Source: Eledone cirrhosa (lineage: Eukaryota). From it: a stretch of 64,000 nt of DNA. The notes beneath the pieces are model-generated. The model made no database searches, had not been told where the DNA came from, and was given only the letters and a program-made list of their open reading frames with translations. Shown piece by piece: positions 1-11,632 of this stretch (positions are counted from its first letter, which is position 1; each line of letters opens with the position of its first letter). The stretch lies in NCBI GenBank assembly GCA_964016885.1, contig OZ024740.1, positions 419,616,001 through 419,680,000 on the forward strand, in the 5' to 3' direction. Position numbers and translations under genes: made by a program.

Positions 1-106
1 GGGGGGGAGAGGTCAGTATTTAGCGGTGTCAGCAAGCTGCCTATTTATAAATGTATCTATAAATTTAGAAATAAAAAGAAAAAGAAAAAAGAAATATATT
101 AAGAAA

Positions 107-214
107 ATATACATATATATATATATACACATACACATATACACACATATATATATATATATATACACATATATATAAACAAGTAAAATATAAAATATAC
201 ATCAATATACATAC

Positions 215-249
<35 letters not shown>

Positions 250-583
250 CGTATATATACATACATATACATACACATATACATAAACACATACATACAC
301 ATCCATATACATACATACACCATATAAATACACATACACATACACACATGCATACATATAGAGACACATACATATACACATAAATACATAGACATATACA
401 CATATACACGCATATATACATAAACATACATACATACATATATATATATATCCATTCACAACACACATATATATATATATATATACATACACATATCTAC
501 ACACATATAAAACACACTCATGCATATACACACATACACATACATACCCACACACATATATATATATATATATATATACACAT

Positions 584-650
<67 letters not shown>

Positions 651-1204
651 TATATATACACACATACATACACTTACATACACATACACATATACAAAGA
701 TATATATACATACACACACACATATAATGAATATATATATATATATATATATATATAATCATATATGTATATACACACATATATATATACATACATACAC
801 ACACATACTCATACATAGACATACATATATACACACATACATACACATACATATACGCATATATACACATACATACACATCCATGTATGCGTATATACAT
901 ACAAACACCACCACACGCTCACACAACTCAGACATACATAAATAAAGGGATATACATACACATATATACATATATAAATAGAGATACATATACAGATATA
1001 AATATATACACACATACACACACACACACACATACATACACATACATATACACACGCTCACACAACTCAGACATACATAAATAAAGGGATATACATACAC
1101 ATATATACATATATAAATAGAGATACATATACACATATAAATATATACACACATACACACACACACATACATACACATACATACACACATACATATATAT
1201 ACAC

Positions 1205-1271
<67 letters not shown>
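107..1271. repeat. Degenerate (TA)n/(CA)n compound microsatellite with an internal ~140-bp duplication
   Basis: Alternating purine-pyrimidine tract; block cacacgctcacacaactcagacatacataaataaagggata occurs at ~912 and ~1051. Confidence 0.95.
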
Positions 1272-1272
<1 letters not shown>

Positions 1273-1890
1273 CATCATCATCATCATCATCATCAGGTTT
1301 AGCGTCCGTGTTCCACGCTTGCATGGGTTTGGACGGGGGTTTTCCCACTTGAGGCAAGAGTGGTTGTCTTGCTCGCATAGGACTGTCTGGCGGGTTTTCT
1401 ACAGTTGGATGCCCTTCCTAACACCAACCACATTTACAGTGTGGGGCTGGGAGGTTTTTACCGTGTTGCCTACACGGCCACATTACAGCGTGGACTGTCT
1501 GGCTGGTTTTCTACAGCTGGATGCCCTTCCTAACACCAACCACATTTACAGTGTGGGGCTGGGAGGTTTTTACCGTGTTGCCTACACGGCCACATTTACA
1601 GCGTGGACTGTGTGTTTTTTTGTCGTGACACCTACACGATCTCATTTGTTTCGGCCTGGATGTTGTGGGACCAACATAACTTTACATTGAAAGGGGCGGT
1701 GTGGGTGGGGTGGAGGTGGTGGGACGGGGGTGTGTTTTGATAGAGGTGCCTACTGACTGTAGTAGGTTTTTACTTTGTATTTAGGTAAGGCGGGTCTTCT
1801 CTATTACTGAGTACCGCCAAAGGTCTCGGTCCAGTGACATTGTCTTGGAGAGGTGTAAGCGTGTGAGGTCGGAATTTATCAGCTCGTCCC
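1272..1890 (-). mobile_element. 5'-truncated RTE LINE (ORF C-terminus, 3' UTR, (GAT)n tail) inserted in (TA)n
   Basis: Minus frame [36 protein letters not shown] matches the C-terminus of the LINE at 37558-38373; (CAT)n at 1272-1294. Confidence 0.9.
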
Positions 1891-1933
<43 letters not shown>

Positions 1934-1941
1934 CATATATT

Positions 1942-2080
<139 letters not shown>

Positions 2081-2110
2081 AAATCAAAAGATGGTTAAAT
2101 GAGTTACATG

Positions 2111-2182
2111 TATTTTATTATGCACATTTCAAAAACAAATATCATTCATGCAATAACATTTGTGTTTTCATCAGATAAAATA
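2111..2182 (-). ncRNA. Type I hammerhead ribozyme motif (mirror copy in left arm)
   Basis: Reverse complement of 2304-2374 with core intact (tcatcag 2168-2174). Confidence 0.75.
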
Positions 2183-2303
2183 GGAAGACATGATATGAAG
2201 GTTAAAAACACTTGTGGATAGTGCAGTTTTAAATCAACATATCATATGTTGATTTAAAACTGCACTATCCACAAGTGTTTTTAACCTTCATATCATGTCT
2301 TCC

Positions 2304-2374
2304 TATTTTATCTGATGAAAACACAAATGTTATTGCATGATGATATTTGTTTTTGAAATGTGCATAATAAAATA
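2304..2374 (+). ncRNA. Type I hammerhead ribozyme motif with minimal stem III
   Basis: Stem I tattttat/ataaaata; CTGATGA 2312-2318; stem II AAACACAAATGTTATT-gcat-GATGATATTTGTTTTT; GAAA 2355-2358; TGTGCA; TA, predicted cut after 2366. Confidence 0.8.
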
Positions 2375-2537
2375 CATGGAACTCATTTAACCATCTTTTG
2401 ATTTTATATATTATGTATACTCCAGTCCTACAAACTGTAGAGTGCTTCTTATCCGATATCTACATTGCTTTATTGTACTACAATAAAACTCACCTCCTAC
2501 ATATACCTATATATATATACATATATTTATATATATA

Positions 2538-2579
<42 letters not shown>

Positions 2580-2621
2580 TATATATATATACATATATAT
2601 ATTTATATATATACATATATA

Positions 2622-2675
<54 letters not shown>

Positions 2676-2676
2676 C

Positions 2677-2722
<46 letters not shown>

Positions 2723-2725
2723 ATA

Positions 2726-3398
2726 TAAATGTAAGTATGTATGTATACGTACATATATGTATACAGACGTACAGTAGCATGTATATATATATACATACAG
2801 GCACACATATATATATGCACGTATCAGTTTACCGAACATTTATTATAATGCTCGGTTTGTTCGTTTGTAAACAAACAAACAGCCTGAATTACGCCGTACA
2901 GTGTTTAGGCAACCACGTCACCTTTTTGTGAGAAATGAAATTTCGTTTCATTCTATTCCATTTATCGTTTTCGGTGCGCCTGGCCGACTGAACTCACTCG
3001 ATATGCAAATTAGGCTGCTCAGCCGTTAATTTTCATAAGGAAAGTATATACTTTCGGACGTTCAACCATCTGGCAGAAAGGTATACGGTGCTGACGATAG
3101 CTAATAAGCTTGAAACTAGTACATCGTTCCTGTGTCAGTGTTGAACAAAAGGTGATGTGGTTGTCTAAACACTGTACGGCGTAATTCAGGCTGCTTGTTT
3201 GTTTACAAACGAACAAACCGAGCATTATAATAAATGTTCGGTAAACTGATACGTGCATATATATATGTGTGCCTGTATGTATATATATACATGCTACTGT
3301 ACGTCTGTATACATATATGTATGTACGTATACATACATACTTACATTTAAGTGCCATACTAAGAGTGAGAAATGAAATTTCGTTTCATTCTATTCCAT
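2726..3398 (+). mobile_element. Non-autonomous Penelope/retrozyme-like element: inverted 5' copy plus 437-bp unit with 34-bp terminal direct repeat
   Basis: 2726-2929 is inverted relative to 3145-3349; gtgagaaatgaaatttcgtttcattctattccat at 2928-2961 and 3365-3398; internal hammerhead; (TA)n flanks. Confidence 0.75.
3085..3127 (+). ncRNA. Minimal type I hammerhead ribozyme motif
   Basis: acggtg/catcgt stem I; CTGACGA 3091-3097; AGCT-aata-AGCT stem II; GAAA; palindromic CTAG; GUA site, predicted cut after 3121. Confidence 0.8.
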
Positions 3399-3430
3399 AT
3401 ATATATATACATATATATATACATATATAT

Positions 3431-4102
3431 CATCATCATCATCATCATCATCAACGATTTTGCGCCTAGAATGTTCCCCTCTAGAGCACAAGTCTGTGCT
3501 AAGTTGTTTGTGGAAGACCAGCAGTCATTCACACATATCAATCTCCCTTCTCCACACCACCAATGTTGTCCAAGAGAAAGGCAAAGACCGATACAGCTCG
3601 ACACCAGTGACATGACAACATCATCATCATCATCATCATTTAACGTCCATGTTCCACGCTTGCATGGGTTTGGACGGGAGTTTTCCCACTTGAGACAAGA
3701 GTGGTTGTCTTGCTCGCATAGGACTGTCTGGCGGGTTTTCTACAGCTGGATGCCCTTCCTAACACCAACCACATTTACAGTGTGGGGCTGGGAGGTTTTT
3801 ACCGTGTTGCCTACACGGCCACATTACAGCGTGGACTGTGTGTTTTTTTGTCGTGACACCTACACGATCTCATTTGTTTCGGCCTGGATGGCGCGGCACC
3901 AACATAACTTTACATAGAACGGGGTGGTGTGGATGGGGTGGGGATGGTGGCGGGACGGGGTGTATTTTGTTAGAGATGCCTACTGGCAAGGCGGGTCTTC
4001 TCTGTTACTGAGTACCGCCAAAGGTCTCGGTCCAGTGACATTGTCTTGGAGAGGTGTAAGTGTGTGAGTGACATTGTCTTGGAGAGGTGTAAGAGGTGTA
4101 AG
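3431..4102 (-). mobile_element. 5'-truncated RTE LINE with tail, downstream SINE-like segment and a second (GAT)n tail
   Basis: Near-identical inverted copy of ~10520-11162; (CAT)n at 3431-3453 and 3619-3639. Confidence 0.85.
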
Positions 4103-4123
4103 TATATATATATATACATATAC

Positions 4124-4172
<49 letters not shown>

Positions 4173-4184
4173 TATATACACATA

Positions 4185-4255
<71 letters not shown>

Positions 4256-4405
4256 ATACTTTGGGAGGGTCATGTTGCCAATAAGAAACACACGCACCAT
4301 TTGCTTTCACTTCAATTTATTATACATTTATAAATTTACAAATTTACAAACCTATGAATTTCTGGTTGGTTGGTTGGTTCCGCAACCAGATAGTTGTTTA
4401 TATAT

Positions 4406-4450
4406 AGTCATAGTCCTTTCGTCACACACTCTGTGACCTCTTCAGTGACT
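4406..4450 (-). ncRNA. Minimal type I hammerhead ribozyme motif in PLE 3' region
   Basis: Minus strand: agtca CTGAAGA g-gtcaca-gagtg-tgtgac GAAA ggac TA tgact. Confidence 0.75.
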
Positions 4451-4534
4451 GGGGATTCCTTTCTTCGTTTCTGTGCCTTTCCTTTCTTCTATCCTACGCC
4501 ATTTTGTTTCTGTGTGTGTGTTGTGTGCTCAGTT

Positions 4535-4555
4535 TGCGCATGCGCCACATCCGGG
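4535..4555 (-). promoter_or_regulatory. NRF1-like (GCGCATGCGC) plus ETS-like (CCGGATGT) motifs, candidate pLTR promoter
   Basis: CpG-retaining motif pair ~90 bp upstream of the hammerhead on the element strand. Confidence 0.3.
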
Positions 4556-4735
4556 TGTCTGTGTGTGTTTGTGTTCATTTTTTTATTTGTTTATTTATTT
4601 ATTTATTTATTGTTGGTTGGTTGTTTGTTCTATGTATGTGTGTGTTTTCATTTTGTCCTGTGTGTGTTTTCATTTTGTGTGTGTTTTCAATTGTAAGTTG
4701 TTTGTTCTATGTGTGTGTGTGTTTTCATTTTGTCC

Positions 4736-5399
4736 TTAATTGTAAGTTGTGATGTTGCTGTTCCACTCATATTTTCTATTTAATTTTGGTTTTAATTCTT
4801 TTATGCTTACTGCCTCTGTAATTTGCCTAAACATTGCGTCTTTTCTGTGTGTGGATTCTATTTTTATTTCTATGCTCTCTAATCTACCCCTGTGTTCTAT
4901 CTTTAGCATGTTGGTAGAGCACAGATGATTCTTTATTATCTTGGAGGTCTCGCCAGTGTTCATTTATTCGTTCCCCTATACTATGAGCTGTCTCACCTAT
5001 GTACACTATATTTTTGTTTCTACATTGTCCTTCAGTACATCTTATGCTATACACTACATTTCTAGTTTTACAGTTAATATGGGGGCTTATTTTACAGGTT
5101 ATACATTTCTTATCTATACATGAGGGTCTTTGGAACGGGTATGTCTTGCTAATAAGTGTTTTTACGGAGGTACCAGGTCTTTCTACTATCTTAATATTGA
5201 GATTATGTTTATTTAAGGCCCTTCTAAATTTGTAGGCTAGTTCGCCTCTAGGGGTTGTATTGATGAACATTACACTCTGGTATTTATTGCTATCATACCA
5301 TGAGTTTATTCTATTGGCCTTGTTCCTAGTTCTTTCTATTCTATTCCAAAATTTGCTCCTATACAAGGGGCAGGTCCCATTTATGTCATTATTTACCAT
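4736..5399 (-). pseudogene. Frameshifted GIY-YIG endonuclease domain of a Penelope-like element
   Basis: VVY-x-IRC and YIGET motifs, conserved R..EH, EA..I and LN motifs split over two frames. Confidence 0.85.
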
Positions 5400-5476
5400 T
5401 TTTTTCCCATTTGGTTCTGGCTCCTTTATACACTCTGATTCTATCTCTCTGATTGTAGCCAGAGAACTGCATACGG

Positions 5477-5536
<60 letters not shown>

Positions 5537-5619
5537 TACATATATATATATATGTATATATATGTATATATATATATGTATATATATTTATTTATTTATA
5601 TGTATATATATTTATTTAG

Positions 5620-5651
<32 letters not shown>

Positions 5652-5658
<7 letters not shown>

Positions 5659-6310
5659 TAATTTAATATATCAACTAACATAAGCGCACAGATGCACGCC
5701 CATGCTAGCAAATACACAGGTTATGTCATAGTACCTAGGTGGTTCAATGCAGGAGAATGCAGAACAATAATATAAAGGACGTAAAATAAGAAAATATTTT
5801 TTAAAAAAAATTAAAAAAAAATTTTTTTTTTACTTACTTAAATTTTCACTCCAACTAATTAGTTTCTGCAATGGGATAAAGACAGTTACGTAATCCAACT
5901 GTCGAGAATTCATTGCGTCATCAGGGAGTCTATTCTCAGTTAAGTCTCCAGGCAATGCGCGGACACTAGCGGCTCATATAAAAATAATAATTCGGTAGAT
6001 CGAACAGCTTGCGAGGACTGGATTCTATGTACCGAAATTCTCACTGCTTCAAGTCAAATGGCCGATTCTAAAGAATCAATCACGTGACACAGAGGCTAGT
6101 TAGAAGGAATGGGATGGTAAGATGACTGACGCCTACTAACACCCCAAAAAAAAATTTTTTTAGAAGTGGTTTTGGCAAGTTTGCTCGACAAATCAGTGAT
6201 TTGGAGATAAATATAGATAATTTAATATATCAACTAACATAAGCGCACAGATGCACGCCCATGCTAGCAAATACACAGGTTATGTCATAGTACCTAGGTG
6301 GTCCTTTATA
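5652..6310 (-). mobile_element. Retrozyme/pLTR-like element: 559-bp unit with 92-bp perfect direct repeat
   Basis: 5652-5743 equals 6211-6302; internal hammerhead; 6301-6310 gtcctttata is inverted relative to 5771-5780; TA-rich flanks. Confidence 0.75.
5848..5929 (-). ncRNA. Type I hammerhead ribozyme motif with extended stem II
   Basis: Minus strand: actcc CTGATGA c-gcaatg...gacagtt/aactgtc...cattgc-a GAAA CTAATTAG TT ggagt. Confidence 0.8.
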
Positions 6311-6541
6311 TATATGTATATATATACCCCGTCTAACCCATGCTAGCATGGAAGATGGATGTTAAACGATGATGATGATGATGATATACATTTTCTTCAT
6401 TATTTCCAAAATGATTTGAAAATGCTAGGCAGTGTTTTTCATAAGAAACATGACAATAAAACAGTTAAGATATATCTACCTACTTCCAAACATTCTTATT
6501 AAGTTTAGCATTGTATGCAATAATGTGTAAACAAAAAAGAA

Positions 6542-6720
6542 ATAATTGTTTCTACTTTAGGCACAAGGCCAGCAAATTACCCAGTACATTACTGGTACTT
6601 TATTTTATCGACCCCGTAAGGATGAAAGGCAAAGTTAACCTAGGCGGGATTTGAACTCAGACTGTAAAGGGACATAACTATGCTAGAAAGCATGGTGTCC
6701 GACCCTCTACCGATACTGCC
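6542..6720 (-). mobile_element. tRNA-headed SINE (Meta-domain-like family) with TSD
   Basis: B-box gagttcaaatccc and gcctttcatccttacggggtcgataaaataaagtaccag on minus strand; aaaaaagaaataat duplicated at both ends. Confidence 0.85.
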
Positions 6721-7232
6721 AAAAAAGAAATAATAATCAGTTGTCAGCATTCTTATGTCTCATATTTCAGGTTGAGAAACGTTTAAGGTTGTTGTTTGAT
6801 TCTGATGAATATGGCAATATTAGCAGGAAAAACTTCCATCTCAACCACAGTTCTAAAATAAAAGAAATATAAAATCCTAACATTATACATATGTTCTGTG
6901 TTTGTATATAATAGAATTCATTAGAATATAATTAGAAATGTCCTAAGAAGATATACTATTCCATATATTTTGCTGATATAGCTGTCTTCCTATTTTAACT
7001 ACAGCTGCTACTTCACAGGATAACAATAAATAGAATATATTGTGTATTAAACAAAATGAATCGTTCATTGTATCTAAAATCAATGTCCATCTTGGATGAA
7101 ATGGTATTAATATTAAGCTGAGAACTTTAAAAAGGAAAAAAATTGCTATAGTTGTGTGGGCAGGAATAAGTAGGAAAATAGCTGAGTGGTTGAAGTGTCT
7201 GTTTTATAGACTGTCAGTTGAAATCTACTGCA

Positions 7233-9988
7233 GACCTTTCCTAGTGTTACAGGGCTAAAGACCTTTCCTAGTGTTACAGGGCTAAAGACTTTCCTAGTGT
7301 TACAGGGCTAAAGACCTTTCCTAGTGGTACAGGGCTAAAGACTTTCCTAGTGTTACAGGGCTAAAGACTTTCCTAGTGTTACAGGGCTAAAGACTTTCCT
7401 AGTGTTACAGGGCTAAAGACCCTTCCTGGTGTTACAGGGCTAAAGACTTTTTCTTGTGTTACAGGGCTAAAGACACTTCCTGGTGTTACAGGGCTAAAGA
7501 CTTTCCTAGTGTTACAGGGCTAAAGACTTTCCTAGTGTTACAGGGCTAAAGACCTTTCCTAGTGGTACAGGGCTAAAGACTTTCCTAGTGTTACAGGGCT
7601 AAAGACTTTCCTAGTGGTACAGGGCTAAAGACCCTTCCTGGTGTTACAGGGCTAAAGACTTTTTCTTGTGTTACAGGGCTAAAGACTTTCCTAGTGTTAC
7701 AGGGCTAAAGACTTTCCTAGTGTTACAGGGCTAAAGACCCTTCCTGGTGTTACAGGGCTAAAGACCCTTCCTGGTGTTACAGGGCTAAAGACCTTTCCTA
7801 GTGTTACAGGGCTAAAGACTTTCCTAGTGTTACGGGGCTAAAGACTTTCCTAGTGTTACAGGGCTAAAGACTTTCCTAGTGTTACAGGGCTAAAGACCCT
7901 TCCTGGTGTTACAGGGCTAAAGACTTTTTCTTGTGTTACAGGGCTAAAGACTTTTTCTTGTGTTACAGGGCTAAAGACACTTCCTGGTGTTACAGGGCTA
8001 AAGACTTTTCTTGTGTTACAGGGTTAAAGACTTTCCTAGTGTTACAGGGCTAAAGACCCTTCCTGGTGTTACAGGGCTAAAGACTTTTTCTTGTGTTACA
8101 GGGCTAAAGACTTTCCTAGTGTTACAGGGCTAAAGACTTTCCTAGTGTTACAGGGCTAAAGACCCTTCCTGGTGTTACAGGGCTAAAGACTTTTTCTTGT
8201 GTTACAGGGCTAAAGACTTTCCTAGTGTTACAGGGCTAAAGACTTTCCTAGTGTTACAGGGCTAAAGACTTTCCTAGTGTTACAGGGCTAAAGACTTTTT
8301 CTTGTGTTACAGGGCTAAAGACACTTCTTGGTGTTACAGGGCTAAAGACTTTTTCTTGTGTTACAGGGCTAAAGACTTTCCTAGTGTTACAGGGCTAAAG
8401 ACCCTTCCTGGTGTTACAGGGCTAAAGACTTTTTCTTGTGTTACAGGGCTAAAGACTTTCCTAGTGTTACAGGGCTAAAGACTTTCCTAGTGTTACAGGG
8501 CTAAAGACCTTTCCTAGTGTTACAGGGCTAAAGACCTTTCCTAGTGTTACAGGGCTAAAGACCTTTCCTAGTGTTACAGGGCTAAAGACTTTTTCTTGTG
8601 TTACAGGGCTAAAGACTTTCCTAGTGTTACAGGGCTAAAGACTTTCCTAGTGTTACAGGGCTAAAGACCCTTCCTGGTGTTACAGGGCTAAAGACTTTTT
8701 CTTGTGTTACAGGGCTAAAGACTTTCCTAGTGTTACAGGGCTAAAGACTTTCCTAGTGTTACAGGGCTAAAGACTTTCCTAGTGTTACAGGGCTAAAGAC
8801 CTTTCCTAGTGTTACAGGGCTAAAGACCTTTCCTAGTGTTACAGGGCTAAAGACTTTCCTAGTGTTACAGGGCTAAAGACTTTTTCTTGTGTTACAGGGC
8901 TAAAGACTTTCCTAGTGTTACAGGGCTAAAGACTTTCCTAGTGTTACAGGGCTAAAGACCTTTCCTAGTGTTACAGGGCTAAAGACTTTTTCTTGTGTTA
9001 CAGGGCTAAAGACTTTCCTAGTGTTACAGGGCTAAAGACTTTCCTAGTGTTACAGGGCTAAAGACCCTTCCTGGTGTTACAGGGCTAAAGACTTTTTCTT
9101 GTGTTACAGGGCTAAAGACTTTCCTAGTGTTACAGGGCTAAAGACTTTCCTAGTGTTACAGGGCTAAAGACTTTCCTAGTGTTACAGGGCTAAAGACTTT
9201 CCTAGTGTTACAGGGCTAAAGACCTTTCCTAGTGTTACAGGGCTAAAGACCTTTCCTAGTGTTACAGGGCTAAAGACTTTCCTAGTGTTACAGGGCTAAA
9301 GACTTTTTCTTGTGTTACAGGGCTAAAGACTTTCCTAGTGTTACATGGCTAAAGACTTTCCTAGTGTTACAGGGCTAAAGACCTTTCCTAGTGTTACAGG
9401 GCTAAAGACTTTTTCTTGTGTTACAGGGCTAAAGACTTTTTCTTGTGTTACAGGGCTAAAGACTTTCCTAGTGTTACAGGGCTAAAGACCCTTCCTGGTG
9501 TTACAGGGCTAAAGATCTTTCCTAGTGTTACAGGGCTAAAGACTTTCCTAGTGTTACAGGGCTAAAGACTTTCCTAGTGTTACAGGGCTAAAGACTTTCC
9601 TAGTGTTACAGGGCTAAAGACTTTCCTAGTGTTACAGGGCTAAAGACCTTTCCTAGTGTTACAGGGCTAAAGACCTTTCCTAGTGTTACAGGGCTAAAGA
9701 CTTTTTCTTGTGTTACAGGGCTAAAGACTTTCCTAGTGTTACAGGGCTAAAGACTTTCCTAGTGTTACAGGGCTAAAGACTTTTTCTTGTGTTACAGGGC
9801 TAAAGACTTTCCTAGTGGTACAGGGCTAAAGACCCTTCCTGGTGTTACAGGGCTAAAGACTTTCCTAGTGTTACAGGGCTAAAGACTTTCCTAGTGTTAC
9901 AGGGCTAAAGACTTTTTCTTGTGTTACAGGGCTAAATACCCTTCCTGGTGTTACAGGGCTAAAGACTTTCCTAGTGTTACAGGGCTAA
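7233..9988. repeat. 26-27-bp minisatellite, ~100 copies (gactttcctagtgttacagggctaaa and variants)
   Basis: Head-to-tail units with no spacers; about five recurring variants. Confidence 0.98.
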
Positions 9989-10320
9989 CTGTAACATTTA
10001 ACTGTAGAAATGAATTGTGACATCACTGGTGCCAAGCTGTATCACCATTTTGCCTTTCTCTTGGATAACAACACATGTAGTGTATATAATGTATTATATA
10101 GTTAGTATATTGTGTATATATATATAGTGTATATAATGTATTATATAGTAAGTATATTATTTATATATATGTAGTGCACATATAGTGTATATAAAGTGTA
10201 TGTAGTGTATTATATAAGGTGTATATAATGTATAAATATGTAGTGTAGTGTACATATAGTGTATATAAGGTGTATGTAATGTATATATAGTAAGTATATA
10301 ATATATATATATATATATAT

Positions 10321-11185
10321 ATGCAAAGCATAAACGAACTAAGGGAAAAATTAGAAATAAGAGGGATCAGATGTTGTTTACTCGAGAGAAGGCTACGTTG
10401 GTATGGTCACGTGATGCGCATGAAAGACGACAGCTGTATAAAAAAGTGCAGGGCAATAAAGATAGACGGTAGCCACGGAGTAGGCAGACCCAGAAAAACC
10501 TGGGACGACCTGATAAATTCCGACCTCACACACTTACACCTCTCCAAGACAATGTCACTGGACCGAGACCTTTGGCGGTACTCAGTAATAGAGAAGACTC
10601 GCCTTACCTAAATATATAGTAAAACCTACTACAGCCAGTAGGCATCTCTAACAAAATACACCCCCGTCCCACCACCCTCACCCCATCCACACCGCCCCTT
10701 TCAATGTACAGTTATGTTGGTGCCACAACATCCAGGCCGAAACAAATGAGATCGTGTAGGTGTCACGACAAAAAAAACACAGTCCACGCTGTAATGTGGC
10801 CGTGTAGGCAACACGGTAAAAACCTCCCAGCCCCACACTGTAAATGTGGTTGGTGTTAGGAAGGGCATCCAGCTGTAGAAAACCCGCCAGACAGTCCTAT
10901 GCGAGCAAGACAACCACTCTTGTCTCAAGTGGGAAAACTCCCGTCCAAACCCATGCAAGCGTGGAACATGGACGTTAAATGATGATGATGATGATGATGT
11001 TGTCATGTCACTGGTGTCGAGCTGTATCGGTCTTTGCCTTTCTCTTGGACAACATTGGTGGTGTGGAGAAGGGAGATTGATATGTGTGAATGACTGCTGG
11101 TCTTCCACAAACAACTTAGCACAGACTTGTGCTCTAGAGGGGAACATTCTAGGCGCAAAATCCATGATCATTTATGACTAAAGGG
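10321..11185 (+). mobile_element. 5'-truncated RTE LINE with (GAT)n tail followed by SINE 3' part
   Basis: ORF 10321-10611 ERRLRWYGHVMRMK...GRPRKTW; tail 10979-10999; SINE body similar to 28000-28160. Confidence 0.9.
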
Positions 11186-11200
11186 TTTTTTTTCATTAAT

Positions 11201-11369
11201 AGGTAACATTATCTGGGAATAGTATCTCAATAGACTGGCATCATATCATAGGAAATAGTTATATCTCATCTACTTCACACTATAGAGGTAACATTATCTG
11301 GGAATGGTATCTCAATAGACTGGCATCATATTATAGGAAATAGTTATATCTCATCTACTTCACACTATA
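11201..11369. repeat. 85-bp tandem duplication
   Basis: aggtaacattatctgggaat...cttcacactata occurs twice. Confidence 0.9.
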
Positions 11370-11419
11370 AATGCACAGCTAAGATTTACTTATCAAAGGC
11401 TCCTTAAGGTTTAGAAGTT

Positions 11420-11632
11420 GTGTGTGTGTATATATACATGCACGTGTTTATGTACACATGCATGCACACGTGTCTATGCATACACACAAGTGTGCATATG
11501 TATGTATGCACACATATGTATGCATGTACATGTATATGTATGTATGCATGCACAAGTGTGTATGCATGAATGTGTGTATGCACATGCATGTGCATGTATA
11601 CACATGTACATGCATGCACATGTGTGTGTGTG
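11420..11632. repeat. Degenerate (TG/CA/TA/GCAT) purine-pyrimidine tract
   Basis: Low-complexity alternating sequence. Confidence 0.9.

Larger units (their letters stand above)
4251..5477 (-). mobile_element. 5'-truncated Penelope-like retroelement (Neptune-like): Cys-rich linker, C-terminal GIY-YIG endonuclease and pLTR
   Basis: ORF 5399-4884 has CIDKKCITC...C, NVVYSIRC...VYIGET...ERINEH; frameshifts into RQITEAVSIKELKPKLNRKYEW (to 4736); hammerhead downstream; (TA)n on both sides. Confidence 0.85.

Noticed and set aside
65-1378. Many Y/I/V/C/M-rich ORFs (also 1781-2931, 3970-4436, 11404-11705, 43356-43705)
   Set aside because: Translations of TA/CA microsatellites that lack stops by composition
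6802-6850. CTGATGA...GAAA as a hammerhead
   Set aside because: No credible stem I, II or III pairing
7233-9988. CRISPR-like or telomeric array
   Set aside because: No unique spacers, no cas genes, eukaryotic context, and no TTAGGG register
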